Shown here one piece after another: positions 38,294 to 51,077 of a stretch of 64,000 nucleotides of DNA. The notes below the pieces were generated by a model. The model saw only the letters and a program-made list of their open reading frames with translations, was not told the origin of the DNA and searched no databases. The translations under genes and the position numbers were made by a program. The DNA comes from Octopus sinensis (lineage: Eukaryota), in assembly GCF_006345805.1 (NCBI RefSeq), contig NC_043026.1, forward strand, positions 1,736,001 through 1,800,000, read 5' to 3'. Position 1 is the stretch's first letter, and each line of letters begins with the position of its first letter.

Positions 38294-38383
38294 ATTGGTG
38301 GATTGGCCAATAATGGAGAAATGAAGTTTGTTGTTGTCGTTCGATCGGATCTGAAGATGGGGAAGGGTAAAATCGCAGCCCAG
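38294..38383 (+). CDS. PTRH2: PTRH2 coding exon 2 (IGGLANNGEMKFVVVVRSDLKMGKGKIAAQ)
   Basis: PTH2 signature K-x-V-x-V-V-R-x-D-L-K-M-G-K-G-K-x-A-A-Q; tttcag acceptor, gtcagt donor, 90 nt, phase 0/0. Confidence 0.95.
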
Positions 38384-38694
38384 GTCAGTGCCATCATCTG
38401 CCCTCCTCTTCTCAGGAATATTTGTCTTTCACTTACATTCAGTTCTGTGTGTGTATAAGTATGTTTGTGTGAAAGTATGTGTAGGTGCGTGTGTCTTTGT
38501 GCAAAAGTATGTATAGGTGCAAGCATGGCCTTGTGGTAAGAAACTTGCTTCCCAACCATATGGTTCCAAGTTCAGTCCTACTACATGGCACCTTGGGTAG
38601 GTGTTTTCTACTATGGTGTTGGGCTGACCAAAGCCTTGAGAGTAGATTTGGGAGACAGAAACTGAAGGAAGCTTGTTCTATATATATATATATA

Positions 38695-40138
38695 TCTATA
38701 TCTTTATAGATATAAAACTGAGAATGTGTGTCTCTGTCTTACTTAGGGTCCATGTAGTTTCATGGGCAAAAAAAATGTTCAACTTCTTGCCTAGAGCGAG
38801 CCCATAGCCATATCATATCTTCTCCACTATTTCAGTATTACGTGTTAAAAGTGAAACAAAAACATTTCTCTATTTTATGTCAGATACTTTCACTTTAACA
38901 ATAAAAATAATAATAACAATTGAATTATTTGTAGTAAGTAATAATTAAAATCAAACTAAAGTATAATATAATTGTAACATAACAAAAGTAAAAATAGCAA
39001 TTGGTATAAAATTGCATCAATGACTTGAACTTGAATAAGTGGTTTCACAGGAATGGGAATAAAATAAAATTAATGCGCAGAAATGGAATAGTCCATTAAA
39101 TTAAAGAAAAGACTATTGTCTATAAAGTATACAATGTAGAGAAAAAAAAAGATTTGAACACCTGGAGGAAAGCACCATCAAAAAGTGTCTTGGTGCGACT
39201 ATGAAAGATATCTAACTAGAGGCGGTAAATTCGCCACAATAGAAGCAAGGTTCGAGTCAACGGAGCGTGCAAGGGAGTACTCGACTCGAACCTTGCAAAG
39301 TGGAAATATTTTATTTTTACCTTTATATCTGGGACGTAGGACATCCCGGAAAAAAAATTTTAAATGTCCCCCCCCCCCCCAGAAGTAGAGGTAGGCTGAA
39401 TTATAGCCACACTTCTATACAAGAGGGAGGACAAGATACAATTGATCGAAATTACAAGAGACGGGCTAACAATTCCAGTCTGTTATATATTTTGAGTATT
39501 GTTATCACTAGCGATATCAAGATATAACTTTGTATTTTGTATTTTATGTGTAGATGTATATATATATAATAGAAATATTAAAATTACTAAGTCTCTATAA
39601 AAGAGATTGCGGCAGCGTTTACTGGAAATTAATTGTTATCGCCATATTAATATGGCATTCTTATAGATATAAGAATAATCGCTGCCATCAAGATAGCTAT
39701 TTATAGAGACTTAGTAATTTTAATATTTCTATTATTGAAAACAAGTGGATGTATTCCACTGAAACTAGGTAAATAGAAACCTTCGAACAGAGACGTCAGT
39801 GACGACACCTGCGGTCTGACTGCGCTACATTGACAAGGGGCAATACCCCGAAACGCATCTGTAGCTGTTGGACTGGCATTGTGAAGCGGCTGACCTCCCT
39901 TGTTCGAAGGTTATAATGGATACAGATCGTGTATCAATAGCTATCTTGATGGCAGTGGCCTCATGGAGCTGACCAGCGGCAGCGATTATTCTTATATCTA
40001 TAAGAATGCCATATTAATATGGCGATAACAATTAATTAATGTATATATATAGATGTACATGTAATATGTACACATATATATACACATATACACATGCACT
40101 AGCACTATGACCCGGCAACGACGGGTCTTTAATGCTAG
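38695..40138 (+). mobile_element. Non-autonomous Helitron with a nested insertion at about 39566-40040
   Basis: TC 5' end; 3' hairpin ctagcactatgacccgg...gggtc...tgctag ending CTAG|T; body matches 7617-8590 in reverse. Confidence 0.75.
39824..39865 (+). ncRNA. Decayed minimal type-I hammerhead ribozyme
   Basis: Stem I gctaca/tgtagc, core ttgacaa (versus CUGANGA), stem II gggg-caata-cccc, GAAA, cgca, UC. Confidence 0.7.
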
Positions 40139-40182
40139 TATATATATATATACACACATATATATGTATATATATATAGATG

Positions 40183-41118
40183 CATGTGTATGAACAGCCA
40201 TGCTACATGGCAGTGAAACATGGGCCGTGACTGCTGAGGACATGCGTAAGCTCGTGAGTAATGAAGCCAGTATGCTCCGATGGATGTGTAATGTCAGTGT
40301 ACATACTCGACAGAGCATTAGTACCTTGAGAGAAATGTTGTACCTAAGAAGCATCAGTTGTGGTGTGCAAGAGAGACGATTGCGCTGGTATGGTCATGTG
40401 GCGAGAATGGATGAAGATAGGTGTGTGAGAAAGTGCCAATCCCTAACAGTTGAGGGAGCCCGTGGAAGAGGTAGACCCAGGAAAACCTGGGACGAGGTGG
40501 TGAAGCACGACCTTCGAACTTTAGGCCTCACTGAGGAAATGACCAGCGACCGAGACCTCTGGAAATATGCTGTACGTGAGAAGACCAGGCAGGACAAGTG
40601 AGCCCAGCCCACTTATGAATGCCTTTCCTCCCTTGGACACAAAGACCTGTTGAGGCAAGTGAAGTCGATATAGAACCTCATCCGACGACAGGCACCCATG
40701 CCAACCCCCTTTGCTTGCGAAGACATGTTGGGGCAAGTGAAAGCGAAATCGAAATCGAATTGAACCAGCCAGGATCCCTGGTCTGGTGGTACGTAAAAAG
40801 CACTATCCGACTCGTGGCCGATGCCAGCGCCGCCTCGACTGGCTTCCGTGCCGGTGGCACATAAAATACACCAATCCGACCGTGGCCGTTGCCAGCCTCG
40901 CCTGGCACCTGTGCAGGTGGCACGTAAAAAGCACCCACTACACTCACGGAGTGGTTGGCGTTAGGAAGGGCATCCAGCTGTAGAAACATTGCCAGATAAG
41001 ACGAAGGCGGGTGGAGTACAAACAAACAATTGTATTAGTATGGCGCTCAGGAATATAAATAAAACAATGTATATATATATCATCATCAGAACGGACGTTA
41101 AACGATGATGATGATGAT
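40183..41118 (+). mobile_element. 5'-truncated RTE LINE, young copy
   Basis: Intact 133-aa RT C-terminus ORF (40200-40601) plus 3'UTR nearly identical to 1505-1932; tail interrupted at about 40996. Confidence 0.9.
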
Positions 41119-41224
41119 ATATATATACATTGTTTTATTTCTATTCCTGAGCGCCATACTAATACAATTGTTTGTTTGTACTCCACCCGCCTTCGTCTTT
41201 TGTTTATTTTCATAAAGCTTCTTG

Positions 41225-41278
<54 letters not shown>

Positions 41279-41372
41279 TGTTTTATTTCTATTCCTGAGC
41301 GCCATACTAATACAATTGTTTGTTTGTACTCCACCCGCCTTCGTCTTTTGTTTATTTTCATAAAGCTTCTTG

Positions 41373-41451
<79 letters not shown>

Positions 41452-41672
41452 CATATATATATATCAATAATATTAATACACTAACCTTTTGTTTTGCATG
41501 TACCTGTGGTGTGTGTCACATTTCAAAGTAGCAAAGCGGTAGAGAAGAGGGACAGAAAGGAAGTGAAAGAGAGAGAGTGAGAGAGACAGTAGATACTTAC
41601 ACACAGCAAATATTGGATGTCAATTTCAGTTTTGAAGACAACTAAAACAATTCCAGTCAGTGACAAAGCAAC

Positions 41673-41736
<64 letters not shown>

Positions 41737-43665
41737 GAAAACTTCATTGTGGACTATCTGACACTTACTGTCTGTCTGTCTGTCTCTCTCTCTCTAGGTA
41801 TGTGTATGTATGTATGTGTCTGTATGTATATGATTGTGCAGTGGATCTCTCTCGACAGACCAGCAAACCACAAAATCGCCCCAGCCAGCATCACTACCAC
41901 TTTGAAGCCCATCATGTGTGTCCCCACACCACCACCATTACTTCACACCGATGTTGGTGCATTCTGCCTCTCTGTAACTTAGCTGTTCAGCAGAAGAGAC
42001 TGATAGAATAAGCACCAGGCTTACAGGGAATAAGTCCAGAGATTAATTTCTTTCACTAAATGATTGAAAGAAGTAAAAGACTACAAGAATACTTGCAAAA
42101 CGTTCCGTACAACTCAACCAAGAAGGTTCTTTGAGTTCGTACGACATATTCTAAGGTTGAATAGTAATTCCGTTTATGTTTGTGCAACTGAGATATTTTG
42201 GTTGGATTAGATAGTCATTGGTGTTACATTACTTTCTATATTCTATAATTGTGACTATACACTTTTCTAGGCCTGAAATGTTTGTTGGGAGGGGGAGCAG
42301 TTGATTAGATCGACCCCAGTACACAACTGGTATTTAATTTATCGAGCCCCAAAGGATGAAAGGCAAAGTCGACCTTGGCAGAATTTGAACTCAGAACGGT
42401 CATAATATACAAACATTTCTCATGGCACCAGTACAACGTTTACAGATGCTTACATTTTTAATGTTTTTCGTGAATTTTTCATGGGTCCAATTAGTATATA
42501 TGAGTGTGTGTCTTTGTGTCTGCATTTGTCTCCCACCACTATTTGATAACTAGTGTTGGTTTATTTACATTCCTGTTACTTAGCAGTTCGGCAAAATAGA
42601 CCAGTCTAATGACCGAAAGAAGTAAAAAACAAAAGGTAAAAGATGGGCAAAAGGAAGGAAGATCTCTTGGAAGTCCAAAGAGAGGATCCTTCAAGGTGCA
42701 GGGGTGGGTGTGTGGGGTAAGAAGCTTGCTTCCCAGCCACATGGTTCCAGGTTCAGTCCCACTGTGTGGCACCTTGGGCAATTGTCTTCTGCTGTAATCT
42801 TGGGCTGACCAAAGCCTTGTGAATGGATTTGGTAGACAGAAACTGTGTATATATATATATATATGTATATACACACACACACACAAAGTATGGGGGTTTA
42901 GTTCACAGGTGATCTAAACGATTAGGTACGCCAGGTAAGTGCTGTTATGGATTACTCCAAGGTTATAACTGAGACGATAGTTATGGGAGCCATTGCAGAT
43001 TTCCGATGCGGCAGATATATAATTGTTAAAGAGGACAACAAGCGTTAAGGCAAGGCAAACATCTCTTTAACAATTATATATATGTATGTGTGTGTGTGTC
43101 TTTGTGTTTGCCCCCCCCCCCCTGATAACTGGTGTTGGTGTGTTTACTTCCCCATAGCTTAGCATTTTGCAAAAAAGAGGCCGATAGAGTAAGTACTAGA
43201 CTTAAAAAAATAAGTGTTGCAGTTGATTTGTTTGACTAAAAAGCTTCAAGGCAGTGCTCCAGCATGGCCACAGTCAAATGACTGAAGCAAGTAAAATAAA
43301 TGAAGGAAATAGTTGTTCAGGGTACTTCTCTATGACTCTTCATCATGGATACTGACTGAACAAGAGACTTGAGAAAATGCTTGAAGGGTCATCCACAAAA
43401 AGGCTTTGGCCAGTTGCCAGTCTTTCCTTCAAAGCAGTCGCTGTCTGCCAGTTTTCCGACCATCACTTTCCCAAATCTGGATAACAAAATAAAAAATTTT
43501 TTTTTCGTTTTTGGTCAGTAAGTGTTATTTTCTATTTGCTTCTGTCCAGAAATCAAAAGAAATGTCTGCTGTGACTTTGTTTTTGTCACCTGGACATCAA
43601 TGTTTTCCAATGCAAGCATGGAAAAGTGTACATGATGATGATGGTGATTATTATTATTATTATTA

Positions 43666-43703
<38 letters not shown>

Positions 43704-44056
43704 GTTATTGTTATTGTTGTTGTTGTTGTTGTTGTTGGAACATAAATTAATTGCAATTTTCGAGAAGGACTTGGATCCTTTTAACTTCTTAGTATTCCGA
43801 TTATTCTGTTAAATGTAATCTTTGTTTTTATTCTTTTACTTGTGTCAGGCATTTGACTGTGGCCATACTGGAGCATTACCTTCAAGTGTTTTAGTTGGAG
43901 AAATCGACCCGAGGACTTAGTTTTTTAAAGCCTAGAACTTATTCTATTAGTCTCTTTTGTCAAACCGCTAAGTTACGGGGACATAAAGACACCAATGTAG
44001 GTTGTCAAGCAGTAATGTGGTGGAGGAAAATCACAGACACAAGGATACACACATAG

Positions 44057-44087
<31 letters not shown>

Positions 44088-44322
44088 CACAATTTAAAAA
44101 TAGGATAATATCTTTATTAGAATTTATCAATTAGCGTGAAAAACCTCGTAAGGGAAAAATTAATTATTCCTTTTAAATATATTTATTTATATTAAGGGCT
44201 TTACTATACATAAATGCCACACGCTACGAGGGACTCTTAAAGTAAAAACTACCATACTAAACACATTTTGCCGAACGCAAGGGAATGCAACTCTCAAAGC
44301 AAGCTCCTTAAAAACCGATTCA

Positions 44323-44385
44323 GCTGCAGATCATATGATTTCATAATTAGTGCACAAAATGCACTTTTTAACCATCAGTGCAAGC
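44323..44385 (-). ncRNA. Decayed type-I hammerhead ribozyme
   Basis: Minus strand gcttgca ctgatgg ... agtgca-ttttg-tgcact ... gaaa tc-atat-ga tc tgcagc. Confidence 0.55.
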
Positions 44386-45463
44386 ATAATCAAGACACAT
44401 AAAAAACGAACCAAAAAGTCAACATAGCAGACAAGCACCAAACGTATCCCGCATAGAACACAGAGTTGTTCTCTCATTCTGTATCTATGGAAGAGGCAGG
44501 CTTTTTTGAATTGCATCTCGGCACACATGTTTATCAGAATAAATTCATCACTGAATATATTCCGGTTAAATTTACAATTTAAAAATAGGATAAAATTTTT
44601 ATAAGAATTTATAAGTAGTTAGCATGAAAAACCTCATAAGGGAAAAATTATTAATTATTCCCTTTAAATATATTTATTTATATTAAGGGCTTTGCTATAC
44701 ATAAATGCCTCACGCTAAGAGGGGCTTTTAACGATGGGCTTCTTTCAGTTTTTGTCTACCAAATCCACTCACAAGGCTTTGGTCATCCTGAGGCTAAAGT
44801 AGAAGAGACTTGCCCAAGATGCTTTCTTTGTCAGCAAACAACCTCACTTATATGACTGATGCTTGTTTGCAACCATCATATGATGTCTAGACAAGGGAGA
44901 CGGGGACACACAAACTCTCTCTGTCTGGATGAGCAAGCCATGTATTCACCTCTACAGCAAGACACTTGTTCCTTTCCCACTATTTTCTTGTTGAGGGTCC
45001 TTGCTTTGGCCCTGTCTGCAGGATGAGCCCTGGAATGTGACCACACCGACTTTTGTGGCGGCAATGGCCCATGCACTGGAGAATCCAGTGTACCAAAGAG
45101 GACATGAGCAAAACAAGCTTGACAACCAGTGTTGGTGTGATTATGTCCCCGTAACTTAGCAGGTTGGCAAAAGGTAAACAATAAAATGTGAAAGATCTGA
45201 ATTTGTATAGTAAGAAAATGTAAGTCACTTGTTAGGCTTGTCTCAACAGGTTTTCCATAGAAAGAATGGCCAGCACTGATTTTGTATCCAAGACATCAGA
45301 TGTAGACAAACAATGAGGTTGAAGATGGAAAATGGGTAATGGGCTTACATGACAAATTTCAAGGGTTTCCGCTCCTTCATCAGCACCCATCCAACCCATT
45401 AAACATTAATCAATGGCCCTACAAGCCATTGATATGAAAATGTAATTTGATAGAATGTGTGTG

Positions 45464-45528
<65 letters not shown>

Positions 45529-47521
45529 GTGAAACATATGAGCTGACTTGAGCTTTCTGACATATACCTGTCTTGCAGGTGAGGTTGTGAAACTCTAAAT
45601 GTAAGAGCTGTAAACTCTTCATTAACCCTTTTGATGCCACCCTGCCTAATACCACCCTTGGTTCTATCATACAAATTCCCTGTTTTACAATCATCTTAAC
45701 TGGAACCTTCCATCAAAATTTCAGAGTCATTCATGTTCTTAACACCAGCAAAATAACGACAAGCTTATTTTTAAAAATTCTGTATTATTTTCAAAATTAA
45801 ATGAAACAAAAACTATATTTCAACAGAAATATGGTAACAGGCGTGGCTGTGTGGTAAGAAGCTTGCTTCCCAGCCACATGGTTCCAGGTTCAGTCCCACT
45901 GTATGGCACCTTGGGCAAGTGTCTTCTACTGTAGTCTCGGGTCAACCAAAGCCTTGTGAGAGGATTTAGTAGATGGAAACTGAAAGAAGCCTGTTATATA
46001 CATATATATATGTATATGTATATATGTGTGTGTATCTTTGTGTCCTTGTTTGTCCCCCCACCATCGTTTGACAACCGATGTTGGTGTGTTTATATCCCAG
46101 TAATTTAGCGGTTTGGTAAAAGAGACTGATAGAATAAAACCCTTTTAGGTAGTGCTCCAGCATGGCTGCAGTCAAATGACTGAAACAAGTAAAAGAGCAA
46201 AAGAATTAAAGTAGGTTGTGGTGTGTTTACATTTTTAGCATAATTGATTGACCAGTATAAGCTATCAATTTCAACCGATTCGCTTTCCTGTTCGTATCAT
46301 ATAACCATTTGAGTCTTGTCTCCACCTTCCAGAGGCATTCAGCCATATTTACTAAAGACATAAAAATCTAGTAAATATTCTTCACCTATTTTAATGCCTC
46401 AAGTTCTACCCCTGAGCTTTCATTGTCAAGCAATACGATGCATGTGTAGCTGGTTAAAGCAATGACTCATGGGTACGAAAGCCCACTACAATTATAGCGA
46501 TGAAACCACTGACATGGTTTCTACAGCTTGGATGTCCTTCCTAACATGAACCACTTTACAGTGTGTATTGGGTGTTTTTTTTTCTGTGGCACCAGCACTG
46601 GTGAGGTTGCCAAGTACTCACACGACACAACTTGCTTGACTGAATGGGGTGTAAGATTGAGGGATATAAAAATAGGTTTGAATAAATTGAGTGGAAGACT
46701 GTTTTGTGTGTGCGCATGCACATATGTATGTATGTGTATGTGTGTGTACGTGCACGCATATGAGTGTGTGTGTGAGTATTTCAGGGAACACAAAATCTTT
46801 TATGTATCTCTAGATATCTTTTATCTTTTACTTGTTTCAGTCATTAGACTGCGGCCATGCTGGGGCACCACCTTGAAGAATTGTTAGTTGAATGAATCGA
46901 CCCCAGTACTTTCTTTTAAGCTTGGCTCTTATTCTATCAATCACTTTTGCCAAACTGCTAAGTTATAGAGGCATAAACACACCAACACCAGGTATCAAGC
47001 AGTGGTGGAAGACAAACATAGACACAAAGATACACACACACACACATATATATATACACACACACACAATGAGCTCTTTCAGTTTCCATCTACCAAACTC
47101 ACTCACAAGGTTTTGGTTGGCCCAACGCTATCGTAGAAGACACTTGTCCAAGGCACACTTGCATTCACATGTACACATGCGCACACACACACATACACAA
47201 AACAGCTTTCCACACAAGTGTCTGCCAGCCAAATCCACTCGCACACCTTTGGTTGCTTAGGGTTATAGTAAAAGACAGATATTTGCCCAAGTGCCATGCA
47301 GTGGAACTGAACCCAAAACCTTATGGTTGCAAAACAAGCTTTTTAACTACACAACCATGCCTGTTGATATAAAAAAGAAAGGTGTATATTTCCTTAGTTA
47401 AAGGTGCTTTTTTTTAATAACTCCTTAAAATTCTAATAAAAAATACCCTTCCCAACAAGTCAAGGCCCAGCAAATAATTAAAAGGATTGACCCATTAGAC
47501 ACTCATTTCCCAGCAGTTTTC

Positions 47522-47616
47522 TGATGACACTGTGTTGTGATGACACTGTGTTGTGATGACACTGTGTTGTGATGACACTGTGTTGTGATGACACTGTGTT
47601 GTGATGACACTGTGTT
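47522..47616. repeat. 16-bp minisatellite (tgatgacactgtgttg) x6
   Basis: Six essentially perfect tandem copies. Confidence 0.97.
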
Positions 47617-48447
47617 ACACGATTTTTGTCCTTTGGGAGCAGCAATTGTTATTCCCTGTTTGCTGATCCCTACAAAGTATGAACATTTTCTCCAAACTTT
47701 GCTTTTGTTATGATATTTATTCAAACCCCAAAGAATCCCTCTCAACACGTGGCTGTGATGCTCCCCAATGACACCTGCTCATCATCAAAGATACACACAT
47801 TGTCAGCCATTAAGGGACATGCTCAAGGGGTTAGGGTTTTAGCAGTTGACAAGCAAATGGGTTGCATTGAGCAGAATATTTGCTTAATGATATTTCTGCT
47901 TCAGCAACTCAGTGCTGAACTTGTCTGAGATGAAATGCAAAATAGGTCAATTTTGAAACATAGATGTCCAGGTGGCAAACGCTACGTTTGAAGGGAACAG
48001 TCATTTCCTTTAATTTCTAGAGAGAAACGAATAAGAAATAGCACTTACTGACCAACCACATAAAAAATAAAAATAAAACTTTTGTTACCTAGTGTTATCG
48101 GTCAGAAATACTGTTGACTTAATCAGATAGTTGCTTGCTACTAACAACCGCTTTATTTCTCTTTTTCTTTTAGAGCAGTGCATTCAATGACTGAGGTGGC
48201 AGACGACACATTAAAAGTTACCAATTTATTTATTATATTTTTTATATGATCATTCTAGGCTGTGGCTGTGTGGTAAGAAGCTTGCTTCCACCCATAGGGG
48301 TCCTGGTTCAGTCCCACTGTGTGGCACCTTGGGCAAGTGTCTTCAACTATTGTCTTGGGCCGACCAAAGCCTTGTGAGTGGATTTGGTAGACGGGAACTG
48401 GATGAATCTTGTACACACACATATATATATACACATTTATACATATA

Positions 48448-48481
<34 letters not shown>

Positions 48482-48540
48482 CATATATACATATATATAT
48501 ATGTGTGTATACATACATATATATATGTGTGTGTATATAT

Positions 48541-49392
48541 ATCATCATCATCATCATCATCATTTAGCGTCCGCTTTCCATGCTAGCATGGGTTGGACGG
48601 TTCAACTGGGGTCTGGGGAGCCCGAAGGCTGCACCAGGCCAGTCAGATCTGGCAGTGTTTCTACAGCTGGATGCCCTTCCTAACGCCAACCACTCCGAGA
48701 GTGTAGTGGGTGATTTTATGTGCCACCGACACAGGTGCCAGACGAGGCTGGCGAACGGCCACGCTCGGATGGTGTTTTTATGTGCCACCGACACAGGTGC
48801 CAGACGAGGCTGGCAGACGGCCACGCTCGGATGGTGTTTTTATGTGCCACCGACACAGGTGCCAGATGAGGCTGGCGGACGGCCACGATCGGATGGTGTT
48901 TGTTACGTCCCCAAAGCACGGAGGCCAGTCTATGCGGTACTGGCTACGGCCACGTTCGGATGATTTTCTTGTGTGCCACCGGCACTGGTACCACAAAGAT
49001 ACAAATTCCATTTATGTTCATCTATTTTGATTTGTTTTGATTTGATTTGATTTGATTTGATTTTCACTTGCCTCAACAGGTCTTCACAAGTGTCACAAGA
49101 AGGAAGGTATGCATAGGTGGACTGTCTACGTCGCCGGGTCTTCGGATGGTGTCTTTATGTGCCACCGACACAGGTGCCAGATGTGGCTGGCGAACGGCCA
49201 CGATCGGATGGTTTTCTTGTGTGCCACCGGTACTGGAACCACAAAGATACAAATTCCATTGATGTTCATCTATTTTGATTTGGTTTGATTTCACTTGCCT
49301 CAACAGGTCTTCACAAGTGTCACGCGTGTCACACACTTGCCTCAACAGGTCTCCACAAGTGTCACACACTTGCCTCTGCCTCAACAGGTCTT
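48541..49392 (-). mobile_element. RTE LINE 3'UTR with expanded internal about 59-bp subrepeats. Other 3' fragments at about 11810-12440, 13780-13970, 14630-15095, 19160-19575, 26570-26770, 30050-30330, 34015-34480, 52485-52710, 55975-56130 and 62290-62560
   Basis: (CAT)n tail, shared 3'UTR motif, tandem gtgccaccgacacaggtgccag units. Confidence 0.8.
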
Positions 49393-51077
49393 ATATATAT
49401 ATATAATATAATATAAATAATATATGCATATGTACATACATATATGTACATACCTACATATATATGTATATATACATGCATATATGGGTACAAGACATTA
49501 AAAAAACGTTGAACACAATGAGAAATGAAAACATAAAAGCAAAAACAGAAATTAACTTTTTCTTTTTTTCAAACAATGAAAGAACAGAGAACAAGACATA
49601 CAACACAAGGAATATTCACCTTCTTCAGTTGTCCTGTTTTGTCTACTCTGGGTTTCGAAGGTAAGGACAAGATGTGTCTTCATTGAAACATCCTTCCCGC
49701 AAAGCAAATTAAATAAAATTTGGGATTTTTTGCAGAGGGTAAAAATGGTAACAAGAACAGGACAAAAAGAACAAAACAACACAGTAAAAACAATAAAAAA
49801 GTAAAAACAGTAAAAGACAGAACAAAGAGAACAAAACAGTAAAAACAAACGATGAGCCAAGACGATGGAAAAATGATTCTGAATGCTTAAGGAGACAACT
49901 TATGAAAGAGACAGGATAAGCTGGTCTGGTCTTGGTGAAGATAGCAGTTGGAAAGATGGCTTCCCTCTGATCACGTGGCAGTGATGAGAGTCGAGGAGGA
50001 GGAGGAGGAGGAGTAAGAGAGAGGGAACGGTGAAGGGGAGAGGAGAAGAATAGGGAAGGGAGGGAGAGAAAGGATGAAGAACAAGAGGGGGAGAGAGACA
50101 GACAGAGGAGAAATAGTAAAGGAGAAGAGTGCGCATCATAATTATTAGGATAAAACTTACTTGGAAAAGGATGCGTGGCGTTTGATCATATAATAATATA
50201 TAAATATATGCATATATACATACATATATATATGTATATATACATGCATATATGGGTACAGGACATAAAAAAACGTGGAACACAATGAGAAATAGGCACA
50301 GGCACGGCTGTGTAGTAAGAAGCTTGCTTCTGAACTACAGGTTCTGGGTTCAGTTCCACTGTGTGGTACCTTGGGCAAATGTCTACTACTATAGCCCCAG
50401 ACCAACCAAAGCCTTGTGAGTGGATTTGGTAAATGGAAACTGAAAGAATCCTCTTAGGTGTGTGTGTTTGTCCCTCACCATTGTTTGACAACTGATGTTG
50501 GTGTATTTACATCTCTGTAACTTAGCAGTTCAGTAAAAGAGACCAATAAAATGAGTTCTAGGCTTGAAATAAAAAATATAAAAATTGTACTGGGGCTGAT
50601 TTGTTTGACTAAAAAATTCTTCAAGGTGGTACTCCAGCATGGCCACAATCTAATTGACTGAAACAAGTAAAAGAAATTAAATGATAAAGATTATCATCTG
50701 GTCAGGTGACTTGCCTGGCCAATAGGAAGTCACATTGGGCTCTTTTGCTTGCTGGATGTCTCATCTGCTCACAGCATGGCTCCAGATGTTTGCAGGAAAT
50801 CACTAATTGAACTGGTTGATCCTGGTTGTTGGCAGTTTGCTATTTGTTCATTCTGTCAGAAATATTCATCATTGATTCAACAAGTTTGTCTGCTGAAATA
50901 GTTCAGATCCACCAGATGTGGTTGTTTGGTAAGAAGCTTGTCTTCCAACCACATAGTTCCAGGTTCAGTTCTACTGTGTGATACCTTGGGCAGGTGACTT
51001 CTACTGTAGCCACAGGCCAACCAAAGTCTTTTGAGTGAATATGTTTGACGGAAACTGAAAGAATCCTGTTGTAGATA

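Noticed and set aside
38047-38313. Met-rich 88-aa ORF; (GAT)n as a poly-Asp extension of PTRH2
   Set aside because: Trinucleotide array; the exon frame has a stop just upstream of the acceptor.
47522-47616. CRISPR-like or other regularly spaced array
   Set aside because: No spacers, eukaryotic context; simple minisatellite. The RTE 3'UTR subrepeats at 48716-48900 are likewise not CRISPR.
49620-49700. Permuted hammerhead (gaaa ... ctgaaga on minus strand)
   Set aside because: Stems I and III do not pair and spacing is non-canonical.
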